In this document: piece by piece, positions 8,650 to 18,825 of the stretch | How positions within the stretch are numbered: the first letter of the stretch is position 1 | Layout: each line of letters starts with the position of its first letter | Assembly: GCA_022711335.1 (NCBI GenBank) | Contig: JAKLFF010000001.1 | Span: forward strand, 195,016-259,015 | DNA: 64,000 nt | Origin: Patescibacteria group bacterium | GTDB lineage: Bacteria > Patescibacteriota > Minisyncoccia > Moranbacterales > UBA2206 | Direction of reading: 5' to 3' | The notes under the pieces: model-generated | Told to the model about the DNA's origin: nothing | Database searches by the model: none | The model's input: the letters and a program-made list of their open reading frames with translations, nothing else | Position numbers and translations under genes: made by a program

Positions 8650-8877
8650 TTATTTTTTAATTGTTATCAATAAATTAAGGATGGCCGCAATCAGCCCGCC
8701 GATCGAAGCGGTGGCGACAATCCAGAAAAATCTTTTAAGCCAATCGACGTCCGTGCCTACTTGGGTGAGTTTCGCGCTGATATGCGGAAGATGATTGTCC
8801 TTGATTTCACAGACATGCTTTTCAAGACAATCAAGTCTTTTATCTTGCATCTGATTTTGATAATTTTGTTTTTCCAT
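8650..8877 (-). CDS. Holin-like protein with a C-terminal TM
   Basis: 75 aa. The TM segment FFWIVATASIGGLIAAILNLLITI lies at the C-terminus. It sits directly upstream of the endolysin. Confidence 0.5.
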   Translation of the reverse strand: MEKQNYQNQMQDKRLDCLEKHVCEIKDNHLPHISAKLTQVGTDVDWLKRFFWIVATASIGGLIAAILNLLITIKK

Positions 8878-8882
8878 AAATT

Positions 8883-11800
8883 TTATCGGGATGTTTGTCT
8901 CATCTGTTTCAAGTCCGTTTGCTGCAATCCCTGGCCGGGAAACATCCGGCCCATTGTTGCCGGCGGATTATTTGTTCCTTTAACGTCTTCGTTTTCCAAA
9001 AGTTTGTCATATGCCGATTTTTGAAGTCTGGAGATGTCTTGTATCTGGAAAGTTACCGACGATTGGAGTTTCTGCGCTTCTTGCGGATCGTCTTGGGCGA
9101 GATAGGGCAAAATATCCGGCAACAGTTTTTCCGCTTGGGCGTTCCAGTTGTCGATTATGTTCATGGCCGTTTGGCTATCATTGGCTTCCAGGGCCCGCTT
9201 AGCCTGCTCTCTCGCCGTGTTATAACCGACTACCGTTTCATCTCTCAAATTCCACGCCTGATTCCGTTTCTCTCCACCGGCGGATCGATAGAATCTTTGC
9301 GCCGTAGTTTCCAAAATTTTGGCCGGGTCGATCGCTTCCCGTCCGAACCCTCCGAATAAACCGTTGATGCCGTAGGCCAGTTTCATTGGAGAAACGCCGA
9401 GCGCTCGCCCCACAACTACTGCCGCATACGGTGTTTTATCGTCGTACTGTTCCGTCGGCGCCACCTGTTCAAGACGCCGCGGCACTATTTGCCTGCCGGT
9501 AAAAAATGATTTATTGGTAGACAGTTCGGCCGGCGTACGCAGGATCGGAGGCAATGCTCCAGAGAGAAACTGCGAAGTTGACAGTTCTCCGTCGCGAGTA
9601 AACGGAATAGGCGCCAGCTGGCTCATCCATTCGAGAGCCAGTTTGGCAAAATTGCTCGGTTCGCCTTTTCGAACATACTCGAGAGTATATTCGAGCGGAT
9701 TGTAAAAAATCTGCCCGACGTCGCCTTTTGGAATAAGCACCATCTTCGGTATACGATTGCCTTCCTGATCCTTGTCTTCGCCGACAATAATCGGGAAATA
9801 AGTGTCTTTGATCCAACTCGGTACGTCTTCGTATAAATCCGGATAATTCAATGAGTTCCAGAAATAAGTTGTTATTCCCGGCGTGACAATCAACGCCGCG
9901 GCCTTAGCGGAGGATTTGACCGGACTTTCCTTGAAAACGCAGGCAGTATTTAGAAGCGCCTGCCAGCGGGCGTTTACGAACGGCACCCACATATTGATAA
10001 TCCGCATTTCCTGACCGGATTTGGCGAAATCGATGGTAGAATTCCGGGCCTCATAGGCCGCTTCCAACGTCGAAGCTCCTTTTTTAAGAGACCGTGTGTA
10101 AACACCGAGGCGGGGCGCCAACTCTATGGCTTCTGCAAAATTGCTTATAAGATTGAACGGATTTATGACGGCTTTGGTTCTTTTCCACCAGTTCGGTTCG
10201 AATAATTGCTTTTTCACACCGCTTATTTCTCTGGCTCCCTGAATGAAACCTCCGAATCCTCCGCCGTTTCGGGCAAATTCATCGATCAGTTTCGAGTCCC
10301 AGCCGAAAGCTCCTTTCAAACCTTCGGCAAATCCCTTGACCCAATCAGCCGCATTGAAGCCGTATTTCGAGGTCATGATGGTCATCTGCGCGTCGCGCAC
10401 GGCATTGGAAAGCGAAAAAGGAATATATAGCGTGGTCGCTCCCTTCCGGAAAGCGGCGGAAGTAAATTTCACAAAATTGCCCAATATCCCCGCCTCCACT
10501 TCATTCATCTGATGCATCGCCCAGGAAAGTTCTTCCGGTACGATCCATTTGGTATTTTTTCCATCGGCAAATACGCTGATCGATCCCCAGCCTTTCGGAG
10601 CGCGTTCGCTTTTTTCCAGCGGCTTTATGAATTCTTTGGCTTCCGGCATCACTTCCCTGATGTTTATCAATTTCTGAGCGACTTCGTTTCTCTTGATGAG
10701 ATTGACTGCGTTGGACAATTTATCAATTATAGATTCGAACGGATCGCGGATTATTTTTTCCGTTCCTTCCAATTCATGGATTATCCCCTGCTTGCTGACG
10801 GAAAATATTTCCATGCCCTTCGGCATCCTGTCCAGAGCCGCCTGGTCAGGCAGTTCATCGATCACATGAAACGGCATCCAGTGTCTGTTTTTCTCAATAA
10901 CCGAATCATAGACTCCCTGGGAAATAATTCCTGTTTCCGTAGCGGGCTTAAGAATGGTTTCATCCGCCCATTTTTGAATCGCCTGTTCGGCCGATTCGAA
11001 TTTGCTGAAAATTTCCGGACCGACTTTCGCTTTGAGTTCTTCCATTGCAAGTCTCGCCGTATCGGATGATACACCGGCGGGATTTTCAAATCCCCGATCC
11101 GCTCGTTCCAGGGCGCGACGGGATAAAACAAAACGGGTAAAATCCGCCCGCTCTTTACTGAGAGGCGACAGGACTTTTTGGAGATCGCCGAGATATGATT
11201 CGATGGTTCCCATCCGGCCGGCATACATGCGCGCACCGATATAAGCGCTGGAATTGATATCTATCGGTTTCCCGGCCATATCGCTTACCATTTCTTCGAA
11301 ACGCTTGATCGGCGCAAAGCGATCGCTGAATGCTTCGGTGAATTTCTTAGGCGCGTTTTTTATCCATTCGATGAGACTCTTCGGCTGGCTGGTTTTTCCG
11401 GTCATACCGTCTATGGACTCGAGCGCGCTTCCTTTCGGAACATCAGAAACATTGGCTAACGGATTTTCATCCGATATCCTTGGCGGCGTCGACGGAGGAT
11501 CGATTTTATCCGTTCTGGATTTCAATGGAGCGATTTTTTTTCCTTCTTTTATCACCGGATTGCCTTTTTCATTGATTACTTCCAAAGCCCTTTCCGCATT
11601 CGAAGTCATATTACGAGGCACACCTTTCTCCACGCCTCTGGCAATCTGGGCATCAAACTTTGCTATCGCGTCGGTTGAGACGGCTTCTGAGTGACTCTGC
11701 CGCACAGACTTTATGTCTCTGGTGCCTTTTGTCACCGACATTACGTGGCTTTTCTGGATCGGTTGAATGTCTCCATTCGCATCGCGGATAAGTGGTTTAT

Positions 11801-12593
11801 TACTTTTGACTTCGACAATGTCCCAGTCCTCTGCCAGGTTCCGTACCACGCCAGTCTTGCCTGGCTTGCCGCCCCCTTTCGCCGTAGCGTACATTTCTGC
11901 TGCAAGCGGGTCATCGAAAACATGAACACTTTCGGTATTGAATCCTTCTTTAAGGATTTTTTCTGCGGAACTTTTTGGCGTAGCATGGAAGTATGTAAAA
12001 TCTCCAAGCTTAATGCCTGCCTTTTGCACTGCCTTTTCTCCACCTTCTTCCAGTGCTTTCTTTGCAAATTTTGCTCCGCCTGCCTTGAAAATCGCTTTAG
12101 CCACGTCATCGCCATATCTTTTGATCAACTGTTCTCCGACTTCCTCCGCCATTTTCTTTTTGGGAACACCGGGAATGATATCCATCGCGGTCATAGCGAA
12201 GCCGAGCGGAAGACCGTACTTTTTTGCAGTACCTTCGCTCCCGCCAAATGATTGAATCATTTCTTCACCGGTGCCGCGGATGTTTTGAATCGGCTTATCT
12301 CCGAAAAGAAATTTCTCAAATTTCGGCGCAACGCCTTTTCCGGGAATGAATTCTTTCCCCCCTTCGGCGGAAAGCGTGGCTGAAGCCGCCGCCCTAGGAG
12401 CGGCACGAAGAATGTCTTTGCCGAAATTCAATATCGATATTCCGACTTTTCCCGTCGCTCCCGGCAGTTCGCGGACAAAGTCCCGCGCCCGAACTTCGTC
12501 CGGTACGGGCGCGAAAAAATCGCCGATTGTCTTTTTTGTTTTTTCAGTCGCCTTCCTGAATGGCGACGTTATTGTGTTCCAAAAATTATCCAT
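8883..12593 (-). CDS. Large (1236 aa) phage virion protein (internal/ejection or tape-measure-like)
   Basis: Single long ORF. The coding strand is supported by the antisense position of all + ORFs in this span. It sits between the tail genes and the lysis cassette, as the large core proteins of podoviruses do. Confidence 0.6.
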   Translation of the reverse strand: MDNFWNTITSPFRKATEKTKKTIGDFFAPVPDEVRARDFVRELPGATGKVGISILNFGKDILRAAPRAAASATLSAEGGKEFIPGKGVAPKFEKFLFGDKPIQNIRGTGEEMIQSFGGSEGTAKKYGLPLGFAMTAMDIIPGVPKKKMAEEVGEQLIKRYGDDVAKAIFKAGGAKFAKKALEEGGEKAVQKAGIKLGDFTYFHATPKSSAEKILKEGFNTESVHVFDDPLAAEMYATAKGGGKPGKTGVVRNLAEDWDIVEVKSNKPLIRDANGDIQPIQKSHVMSVTKGTRDIKSVRQSHSEAVSTDAIAKFDAQIARGVEKGVPRNMTSNAERALEVINEKGNPVIKEGKKIAPLKSRTDKIDPPSTPPRISDENPLANVSDVPKGSALESIDGMTGKTSQPKSLIEWIKNAPKKFTEAFSDRFAPIKRFEEMVSDMAGKPIDINSSAYIGARMYAGRMGTIESYLGDLQKVLSPLSKERADFTRFVLSRRALERADRGFENPAGVSSDTARLAMEELKAKVGPEIFSKFESAEQAIQKWADETILKPATETGIISQGVYDSVIEKNRHWMPFHVIDELPDQAALDRMPKGMEIFSVSKQGIIHELEGTEKIIRDPFESIIDKLSNAVNLIKRNEVAQKLINIREVMPEAKEFIKPLEKSERAPKGWGSISVFADGKNTKWIVPEELSWAMHQMNEVEAGILGNFVKFTSAAFRKGATTLYIPFSLSNAVRDAQMTIMTSKYGFNAADWVKGFAEGLKGAFGWDSKLIDEFARNGGGFGGFIQGAREISGVKKQLFEPNWWKRTKAVINPFNLISNFAEAIELAPRLGVYTRSLKKGASTLEAAYEARNSTIDFAKSGQEMRIINMWVPFVNARWQALLNTACVFKESPVKSSAKAAALIVTPGITTYFWNSLNYPDLYEDVPSWIKDTYFPIIVGEDKDQEGNRIPKMVLIPKGDVGQIFYNPLEYTLEYVRKGEPSNFAKLALEWMSQLAPIPFTRDGELSTSQFLSGALPPILRTPAELSTNKSFFTGRQIVPRRLEQVAPTEQYDDKTPYAAVVVGRALGVSPMKLAYGINGLFGGFGREAIDPAKILETTAQRFYRSAGGEKRNQAWNLRDETVVGYNTAREQAKRALEANDSQTAMNIIDNWNAQAEKLLPDILPYLAQDDPQEAQKLQSSVTFQIQDISRLQKSAYDKLLENEDVKGTNNPPATMGRMFPGQGLQQTDLKQMRQTSR

Positions 12594-12602
12594 ATTTGTT
12601 TT

Positions 12603-13688
12603 TTAAACTCCTATGCGGAAAAGTCTCCCCAAGAACCCACCGACTCCCGGAGCGGTCTTAATGCGCCATTCGTCATCGATAATTTCCGTCGGAGATTTTT
12701 TCGAATCACTGAAACCGATATTTCCGTAAGTTTGTTTTAGTTGCTCCGGACTGTAACCTTCTTTCCAGGCGTTTCTGATTTCACGTCGGAAAGTACTCTC
12801 GGCGGTCACTTCTTTTTGAGCGTTTGAAGATGAATCCGTTTGAGGGGATTGTTTTTTGATATAGTCCATTTCCGATTCCAGTTGCACGGCCAATTCTCCG
12901 GTGTATCCGAGTCTGGTCGGATCGAAAATGCCCTGATTGATGAGTCTCTGGGCGGTGGCGCGGAGAGTCGGATCGGGTTCCAATCCCTGATCGATGCGCG
13001 AAGCCGTGTTGCTGCCGCTATTTTTTGACCGCTGATTGGCATCCTGCAGCTTCAACATAAATTCCATCTCCCAACGCTGTTCATCATCCTGACGCGCCAG
13101 TTCCGATTTGATCAGATCCTGATAATCGCTCATTTGTTTCGTAAGATTGGCCAGACTGTATTTCAGCTCGTCCACCTCGCGTTCTTTTTCCGCCGTTTCC
13201 GAGGCGACTTTTTTTGTAACTTCATCAAGAGTGCTGTTGTAGCTTCCTGCCAGACTGTTTCTCTCGTCGACATAATTGTTTATTTTCGAATTGGCCAGCC
13301 TTTCGATTTCCGACGATTCGCCGGTGATTGTGGCCGCGGAGTAATACGGGTTTTGCCGGGTCTTGCTGATCGATTCGTCGCGCGTCCCCTTTTCGCCTGA
13401 AATTTTGGAATCGATATCGGTAATTTTCGCTTTGATATCCCCCAGTCCTCTTTTTTCATATTCCTCGTCATAGCGATCGGTATAATAATTTTTAAGCTTG
13501 CCTTGCGCTTTATCGAGTTTTTTTTCGACCTTATTGATTTGATTTTGCAAAGCCGAAAAGTTATATCCGCCCGAAGAGCCGGCAGTATTGGATGAAGGCT
13601 TCGATTGTCCGCTGATATTTCTCCCTAATTGTTCCATCTGACTGCGGAATTCATTCCAATCGATATTTGTTGCGCTGTTGTCTGCCAT
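12603..13688 (-). CDS. Phage structural protein, coiled-coil rich
   Basis: 361 aa with long heptad-like charged stretches. Lies in the structural operon. Confidence 0.5.
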   Translation of the reverse strand: MADNSATNIDWNEFRSQMEQLGRNISGQSKPSSNTAGSSGGYNFSALQNQINKVEKKLDKAQGKLKNYYTDRYDEEYEKRGLGDIKAKITDIDSKISGEKGTRDESISKTRQNPYYSAATITGESSEIERLANSKINNYVDERNSLAGSYNSTLDEVTKKVASETAEKEREVDELKYSLANLTKQMSDYQDLIKSELARQDDEQRWEMEFMLKLQDANQRSKNSGSNTASRIDQGLEPDPTLRATAQRLINQGIFDPTRLGYTGELAVQLESEMDYIKKQSPQTDSSSNAQKEVTAESTFRREIRNAWKEGYSPEQLKQTYGNIGFSDSKKSPTEIIDDEWRIKTAPGVGGFLGRLFRIGV

Positions 13689-13698
13689 ATGTTTAGGA

Positions 13699-13914
13699 TT
13701 AAGTGTTCGTTTTTTTGTTTTCCGTTATCTTTCCGGTCTTCAAATCGAAGCTGTATTCTTTGACCGGATCAAGACCGTACTTGTGAAACCGGCTCATAAT
13801 AAAAGTCTGTTTTTGCGTTTCCAGAGCCTGTGCGGTCAGCGTATACTGATGGATCATTTCCTGTCTCTTCCTGATTTCTTCAAGATCCGTTTTATCCAGT
13901 TTTTTCTTGAACAT
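13699..13914 (-). CDS. Small phage hypothetical protein
   Basis: Start moved to the internal Met (MFKKKLDK...) to avoid overlapping the upstream gene. Confidence 0.35.
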   Translation of the reverse strand: MFKKKLDKTDLEEIRKRQEMIHQYTLTAQALETQKQTFIMSRFHKYGLDPVKEYSFDLKTGKITENKKTNT

Positions 13915-13955
13915 AAAGTTAAAAGTTATTTTTATTATTAATTGTTCAACCGATT

Positions 13956-15065
13956 TTAAATGTCGTCGTACCAAGCTACTCCGTGCCAACTGTAGCCGTT
14001 GTAAATCATCAGTCTGCCGCCGGATCCCATGCCGTCGGGATCACGCTCCCAGTACATCTGGCCTTCCACCGGATCATCCGGCTGGCTGTTCCCGATGCGA
14101 AGCGACGTAAGAATATCGACAAAACCTCCGCCGACCGCATTGTTTCCGTAAAGCCGCATAATATCGTTTCCGCTGTAAGCTTTAAAGAAAATTCTGTCAT
14201 TGGCTGTCGTATCTATGCAAAGCGGACGGTTTCCCGAAGTATCGACCCATATTCTGGCGTATCCATTCCCTCCGTCGTCAAGCATCAGCCCGTGTCCCGG
14301 ACCGGCCTGAAGCCCGTAGGCGGAAACACCGTTGACCTGGCGCAGATAGCCGATTCGTATTCCGCCGTACGGAGTAGCCAGATATCCGGTCGAAGTCAGA
14401 TTGATTGTTCCGGCCGTAATCTTGTCAGCGCAGACATTGGCGATTTTGGCATTGTCGATGGCGAGGTTTGCGATTTTGGCGTTGGTCACAGCCAGATCCT
14501 GAATCTTGGCCGCGCTCACCGCCAAATTTTCAATATTGGCGTTTTGCACCTCGGCGAGACCAATTTTAGCCGAAGTGATCTGAGCGTCTCCTATTTTGGC
14601 ATTGATAATCGCGCCGTCGATGATTTTAGCCGAAGTGATAATGGCATTTCCGAGATGCGCATTTTGAATCACTCCGGTACCGATATGTGCCCCGATGATT
14701 ATCGCCGTATCGATTTGGGCCGACAAAGTCACGACCGCTTCCGATTGAATGAGTTTCGATGCATTGACCGCTCCGTTTCTTATTTTGGCCGTGGCTACCG
14801 CCGCATCGGCTAATTTCTGTTCTGTGACCGCCAAGGCCTCAAGATGCTGACTGAGCACGGCGCTGTCGATTATTTTATCGGAATCGACAGAATCATCGGC
14901 CAAAGCGATTGTTCCGACCGCTCCGGCTTTTATCTGAAGCGAATCGATCGAAGACGGAGCCAGCAGGGAAGAATTCTCCCCGTCATGCGTATGCGACGGG
15001 ATTTCCGGAAAAGGCTGATCTTCCACTTTCTGATTGCCGAATATTTTTTGTAAAAAATCACCCAT
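13956..15065 (-). CDS. Phage tail fibre/tail spike protein with tandem (I/V)xxAKI repeats
   Basis: 369 aa. Example stretch: ITSAKIIDGAIINAKIGDAQITSAKIGLAEVQNANIENLAVSAAKIQDLAVTNAKIANLAIDNAKIAN. The DNA carries matching imperfect tandem repeats. Confidence 0.65.
   Translation of the reverse strand: MGDFLQKIFGNQKVEDQPFPEIPSHTHDGENSSLLAPSSIDSLQIKAGAVGTIALADDSVDSDKIIDSAVLSQHLEALAVTEQKLADAAVATAKIRNGAVNASKLIQSEAVVTLSAQIDTAIIIGAHIGTGVIQNAHLGNAIITSAKIIDGAIINAKIGDAQITSAKIGLAEVQNANIENLAVSAAKIQDLAVTNAKIANLAIDNAKIANVCADKITAGTINLTSTGYLATPYGGIRIGYLRQVNGVSAYGLQAGPGHGLMLDDGGNGYARIWVDTSGNRPLCIDTTANDRIFFKAYSGNDIMRLYGNNAVGGGFVDILTSLRIGNSQPDDPVEGQMYWERDPDGMGSGGRLMIYNGYSWHGVAWYDDI
14400..14720. repeat. Imperfect tandem DNA repeats (ATTTTGGC...-type) inside the tail-fibre gene
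   Basis: Seen in the sequence. They encode the NAKI repeats. Confidence 0.6.
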
Positions 15066-15069
15066 GGTT

Positions 15070-16512
15070 TTATAAAATTCCGATCGGCTCGAAATAAGTG
15101 CTGGCCACGATTATTTCCGGCGTATCGTTTCCCGAAGGATGCAGGTCGAAAGCCAGTTCGAATGTCTCGCCCTTGCCCTTTTCTTCATCTTCTTCGTCTC
15201 CGGTTTCGATGGTGAAAACCGTTTTGGTTTTTCCTTCTTTGTCGAAACTGTCCGCGCCGTCTTCCAGATACGCCTGTTTCCAATCGCCCTGCTCATTGAT
15301 GCGATAGTACGCTTTTATCCAGCACTGGGCCGGCAGAGGTCTTGTCAAAAGTTTTATGTGCCGGAATCCCTTTTGCAATTCCGGCTCGCCGGCGTCAAAA
15401 ACCAGTCCTTCGTATCTGGCATCTTTTTTGTTATCGGCATCAATCGTATCCACTCCGCATGTCGAACCGTCTTTCCAGGACAGAAAAACCTGATCTCCGT
15501 ATACCGTCACCGCCCCTATTTCCACATCGATTATTTTTCCGTGCGATGGAATATATTCAAGATTCAATGAATACGGTTCGTTCTTGCTTAATCGCCCATA
15601 GGAATATAGCCCGCATTTATCCGAACCTGTCACCCCGAAAAGAGCAATGCCCCTCTGATTGGCCACAGCTCCGGGATTCACCCATCCGCCTCCGGGAAAC
15701 GCTTTGAATCGCATAATGTTTACCGTGTCCCAATAGTAGAGTCCGCCGCTGATACCCGCCTGCGCGATGATAAAGTCGGTCTGAATCATGGCATTGATTC
15801 CTTTTTCGGCAATCATGCGCCGGAGTATCCATGATGGTTGCTGTTTGTCCCACGTCCAGAGCCAGCCTTCTTCGATTTTGTCTCCCTTGGTCGAACCGAT
15901 AATGGCGATCTGATCCTGAGGCAAAATCGTTTTTGTCCGGTTGCCGGCGATGACATCAAGCGCCTGATTGTTGAAATTTCCTTCGTAGTCGACCAGCGCG
16001 ATATATCTGCCGTCGCAAATCTGGAGAACTCCAATAGCCATGGTCATGGTGTGCCAAGCCGGATCACCGTTGAGATTCCCGACCATTTGCACGTCGGTAC
16101 TCCAATTTCCCGAAAGCGGAATGCGTTTGAGTTTCGTCTCGGTCGCCCAATAAAGATACGGCACGTAACTGCCCGAACCGTTGTTATTCGTGTATTCGTA
16201 TGCTCCGCTTATTCGTCCGTCGGGATCGGTATAGACCAGAACCCAAGCAGAGACGAGAGAATCCTTGCGATAAATTTTTCCCGTGTTTCCAAAACCGTAT
16301 AACTTTCCGTTGGAAGCCGGAACGAAAAATAAAATGAGATCGGTAACGATATCTCCCGAATCTTTCTTGAGCGCCTGATTGCATTTCATGGTATCGACAC
16401 CGCCTCTGATATCCAGTCCGTAACCGAACCGGAACGCTCCAGCCACGCCTTTATAGGCATCATCGGCAATGCCGCCCCGAAAACCTTTTATTCTGTAAGC
16501 GTTGAGTCCCAT
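15070..16512 (-). CDS. Phage structural protein (tail/baseplate candidate)
   Basis: 480 aa. Position in the structural operon; acidic C-terminus. Confidence 0.5.
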   Translation of the reverse strand: MGLNAYRIKGFRGGIADDAYKGVAGAFRFGYGLDIRGGVDTMKCNQALKKDSGDIVTDLILFFVPASNGKLYGFGNTGKIYRKDSLVSAWVLVYTDPDGRISGAYEYTNNNGSGSYVPYLYWATETKLKRIPLSGNWSTDVQMVGNLNGDPAWHTMTMAIGVLQICDGRYIALVDYEGNFNNQALDVIAGNRTKTILPQDQIAIIGSTKGDKIEEGWLWTWDKQQPSWILRRMIAEKGINAMIQTDFIIAQAGISGGLYYWDTVNIMRFKAFPGGGWVNPGAVANQRGIALFGVTGSDKCGLYSYGRLSKNEPYSLNLEYIPSHGKIIDVEIGAVTVYGDQVFLSWKDGSTCGVDTIDADNKKDARYEGLVFDAGEPELQKGFRHIKLLTRPLPAQCWIKAYYRINEQGDWKQAYLEDGADSFDKEGKTKTVFTIETGDEEDEEKGKGETFELAFDLHPSGNDTPEIIVASTYFEPIGIL

Positions 16513-16515
16513 GGT

Positions 16516-17172
16516 TTATTGATTAAAGTCATCCGGATTGCAGCTGCGATACAAAAAGCGGGAACTGGTCGCCTGTCCGACGTATCCGGCCTCGCCGATT
16601 TCCTCGTCCTGCCGATCTTTTATCTGCTGCAAAATGGCAGTCGCTTCCATGATTTGCTTGTCGGCCTCACTGCTCCGGTTCGGTTCTTTTTTGAGACAGA
16701 TGCCGAGCGCGAATTTGACGATCGCTTCGTCCATCTCTTCCGGTGTAACCGGTTCGTCGGTATCATTGACAAGCGGTATAAGCCGCCTTCGGTAATAGAC
16801 ATCGATCATTTTTCCGTCCTCCTCAGGCGCCGGTTTTATAAGGTACTGATCGCCCAGAAGGCAAAATACCCGTTCCCATAAATGATTGCCGCTTTGATAA
16901 TTCTCAATGCTCGTTTTCACGTGCTCTTTTCCGTCGACTTTCAGGAAAAGCATTCCGCCCGGCTTATAATCGAAAGGCAGGAAATACGCTTCGACATCTT
17001 TTTCGGTCAGTTGCGTAGAATGATGGTTGAGAAAATTCCAGCGGGCGAACATGCAGACGCGAACGATTGATTTATTGATCCATCTTTTCTTGTCCGTCTC
17101 ACTCCAAAATCCGGTCGTCTTAGCCGCCGACATGCGGGCGTTGAGATCCTGTAAAAATTCTTGTAACTGCAT
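16516..17172 (-). CDS. Phage hypothetical protein
   Basis: Start set at MQLQEFL to abut the upstream gene stop at 17177. Confidence 0.45.
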   Translation of the reverse strand: MQLQEFLQDLNARMSAAKTTGFWSETDKKRWINKSIVRVCMFARWNFLNHHSTQLTEKDVEAYFLPFDYKPGGMLFLKVDGKEHVKTSIENYQSGNHLWERVFCLLGDQYLIKPAPEEDGKMIDVYYRRRLIPLVNDTDEPVTPEEMDEAIVKFALGICLKKEPNRSSEADKQIMEATAILQQIKDRQDEEIGEAGYVGQATSSRFLYRSCNPDDFNQ

Positions 17173-17176
17173 AAAA

Positions 17177-18823
17177 TTAAGGTATAAGTTGTCCGGTGGT
17201 CCGGTAGCGTTTGACGTATTCCAGTAGATTGTCGCCCGGGCAGTTGGTCGCGTCCGGCACTTCCCGGTGTCCCAAGACTTTCTCTTTCGGAATGCCACGC
17301 TCAAGCCTTATTTTGTCGAGCAGTTCCTGAAGCGTGGCCAACTGTTCGGGACTGGGCTGTTCATTAGCGCCGGTCGGATGAAAATCTCCGCAGACCGCGA
17401 TGCCGATCGATCGGTAATTCATCTTTTCCGTATCGGCATGCGCTCCGATTTTATTTTCCGGACGCCCAATGATATGTGCACCGAGCCCGTCCATCGCTCC
17501 GGCAATCCAGTGATGATAAGCGATATCTCCCCAACCGATGCCGATGTGATTGTTCCTGATAGTCGAGAATCTGGTCGAGTCTCTCGGAGTGGCCGTATGA
17601 TGCACGATAATATATTCCGGACAGTTGGCTTTCTCGTATTTCGGAACGTCTTTCTTGCTGGAACGGAAAGTGCGAAGCGTATCCCAGACGACCACGAGTT
17701 TGGCCGCAAACTCTCCGTTGTTCTTCACGTAATCCCACGGCAATTTGTATTGCCCGCCCCAGGAAGAATAATTTTCCAGTACCAGTCCCAAATTGCTCGA
17801 CGTTGTCCAGTCCTCGCGATCGACGATTTCCTGAATAATCTCTTTGAGATCCGGCGATTCATAAACGCTGTTGGCCGACCAGTGAATGCCGACAAATGTT
17901 CCGCTCACTGTTTCGCCGATTGTCCATTCGACTTGCGCTTTGGTTTTTATTCTCGTTGACGGCCGGTTGGAACCATTGACGGAAAATAACGCCGCATCAT
18001 CTTCCGCGAAACCTTTTATCATGAGATTGGGAAAACGATTGTTTTGATCGGCCTCGGTCAGAAGAAGGTAAGCTCCGAGAATATTGGCACGGCGCGGAAT
18101 ATTCAATGCGCTGAATATGAAGCCGCCGTCATTTTCCGATATTCCGTCATGGCCGAGAGTGATAACATTTCCGGTCGGGCTGGATTGCCAGGAAGTTTTG
18201 TCTGTTTCCGTTCCGTCGCGATCGGTGCCGGCGATCGTTCCTATACTTACATTCATGGTTGTGTACCAGATTTCCAACTGCGCTCCGTAATCTTTTCCTT
18301 TGCTGAAGTCATAACATGTTTGGGCCTGATCGGTTGCCGATCCGTTATCTTCGATTGCGAGAGACAAGGAATTGCCGGCTTTCCATCCGGACTGCGCTAC
18401 GATTTCTTCGATCAGAAGTTTGAGATTCGGCGTTTGCGTCCATTCGTGAACCTCCCATTTTTTAACGATATGCCACGGCACACTGTTCACCGTTTTCGTT
18501 CGCTGGCTCGGCCGGGAAGTCTGGGTGAACGGTTTGGTGTCGGTTTCCTTTATTCCTTTTACGATCAGTTTTACGTCAGGATCGGTTGAGTCGGTCACCG
18601 CCGGACGAATTTTGAGTCTCGCCAAGACGATTTTCGAATTTCTCGGAATGTCGATGTGCCGAAAACGGAAGGCACTCGAATAAAGCGAACCGCTCACATT
18701 TCCGAAAGTGATCACGTTGCTGAAATTTCCGATACCGCTCCAAGTCGCCGCGTCCTGCTCGCGCCCGTCATCGATCGTTTCCGCTACCGGAACAATAATT
18801 TTGGCAATATGGTTCATCGGCAT
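17177..18823 (-). CDS. Virion-associated protein with C-terminal Amidase_2 (PGRP) peptidoglycan hydrolase domain and two N-terminal ~60-aa repeats
   Basis: The C-terminal region reads YIIVHHTATP...GIGWGDIAYHHWI...GAHADTE...NCPGDN. The internal repeats are TPNLKLLIEEIVAQSGW... and SPDLKEIIQEIVDREDW.... Start set at MPMNHIAKI, immediately after the upstream stop. Confidence 0.7.
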   Translation of the reverse strand: MPMNHIAKIIVPVAETIDDGREQDAATWSGIGNFSNVITFGNVSGSLYSSAFRFRHIDIPRNSKIVLARLKIRPAVTDSTDPDVKLIVKGIKETDTKPFTQTSRPSQRTKTVNSVPWHIVKKWEVHEWTQTPNLKLLIEEIVAQSGWKAGNSLSLAIEDNGSATDQAQTCYDFSKGKDYGAQLEIWYTTMNVSIGTIAGTDRDGTETDKTSWQSSPTGNVITLGHDGISENDGGFIFSALNIPRRANILGAYLLLTEADQNNRFPNLMIKGFAEDDAALFSVNGSNRPSTRIKTKAQVEWTIGETVSGTFVGIHWSANSVYESPDLKEIIQEIVDREDWTTSSNLGLVLENYSSWGGQYKLPWDYVKNNGEFAAKLVVVWDTLRTFRSSKKDVPKYEKANCPEYIIVHHTATPRDSTRFSTIRNNHIGIGWGDIAYHHWIAGAMDGLGAHIIGRPENKIGAHADTEKMNYRSIGIAVCGDFHPTGANEQPSPEQLATLQELLDKIRLERGIPKEKVLGHREVPDATNCPGDNLLEYVKRYRTTGQLIP

Positions 18824-18825
18824 AT

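Noticed and set aside
10512-12255. Several + strand ORFs of 105-186 aa (10512..11069, 11254..11694, 11691..12251, 11938..12255)
   Set aside because: All are nested antisense within the single 1236-aa minus-strand ORF and have low-complexity translations with no start-context support.
14400-14720. Tandem repeats considered as a possible CRISPR array or VNTR
   Set aside because: The repeats are imperfect and in frame, and they encode the (I/V)xxAKI repeats of the tail fibre. There is no spacer-repeat architecture, and no CRISPR array is seen anywhere in the window.
13983-14813. + strand 276-aa ORF
   Set aside because: It is antisense to the tail-fibre gene. Its repetitive translation mirrors the NAKI-repeat DNA on the opposite strand.
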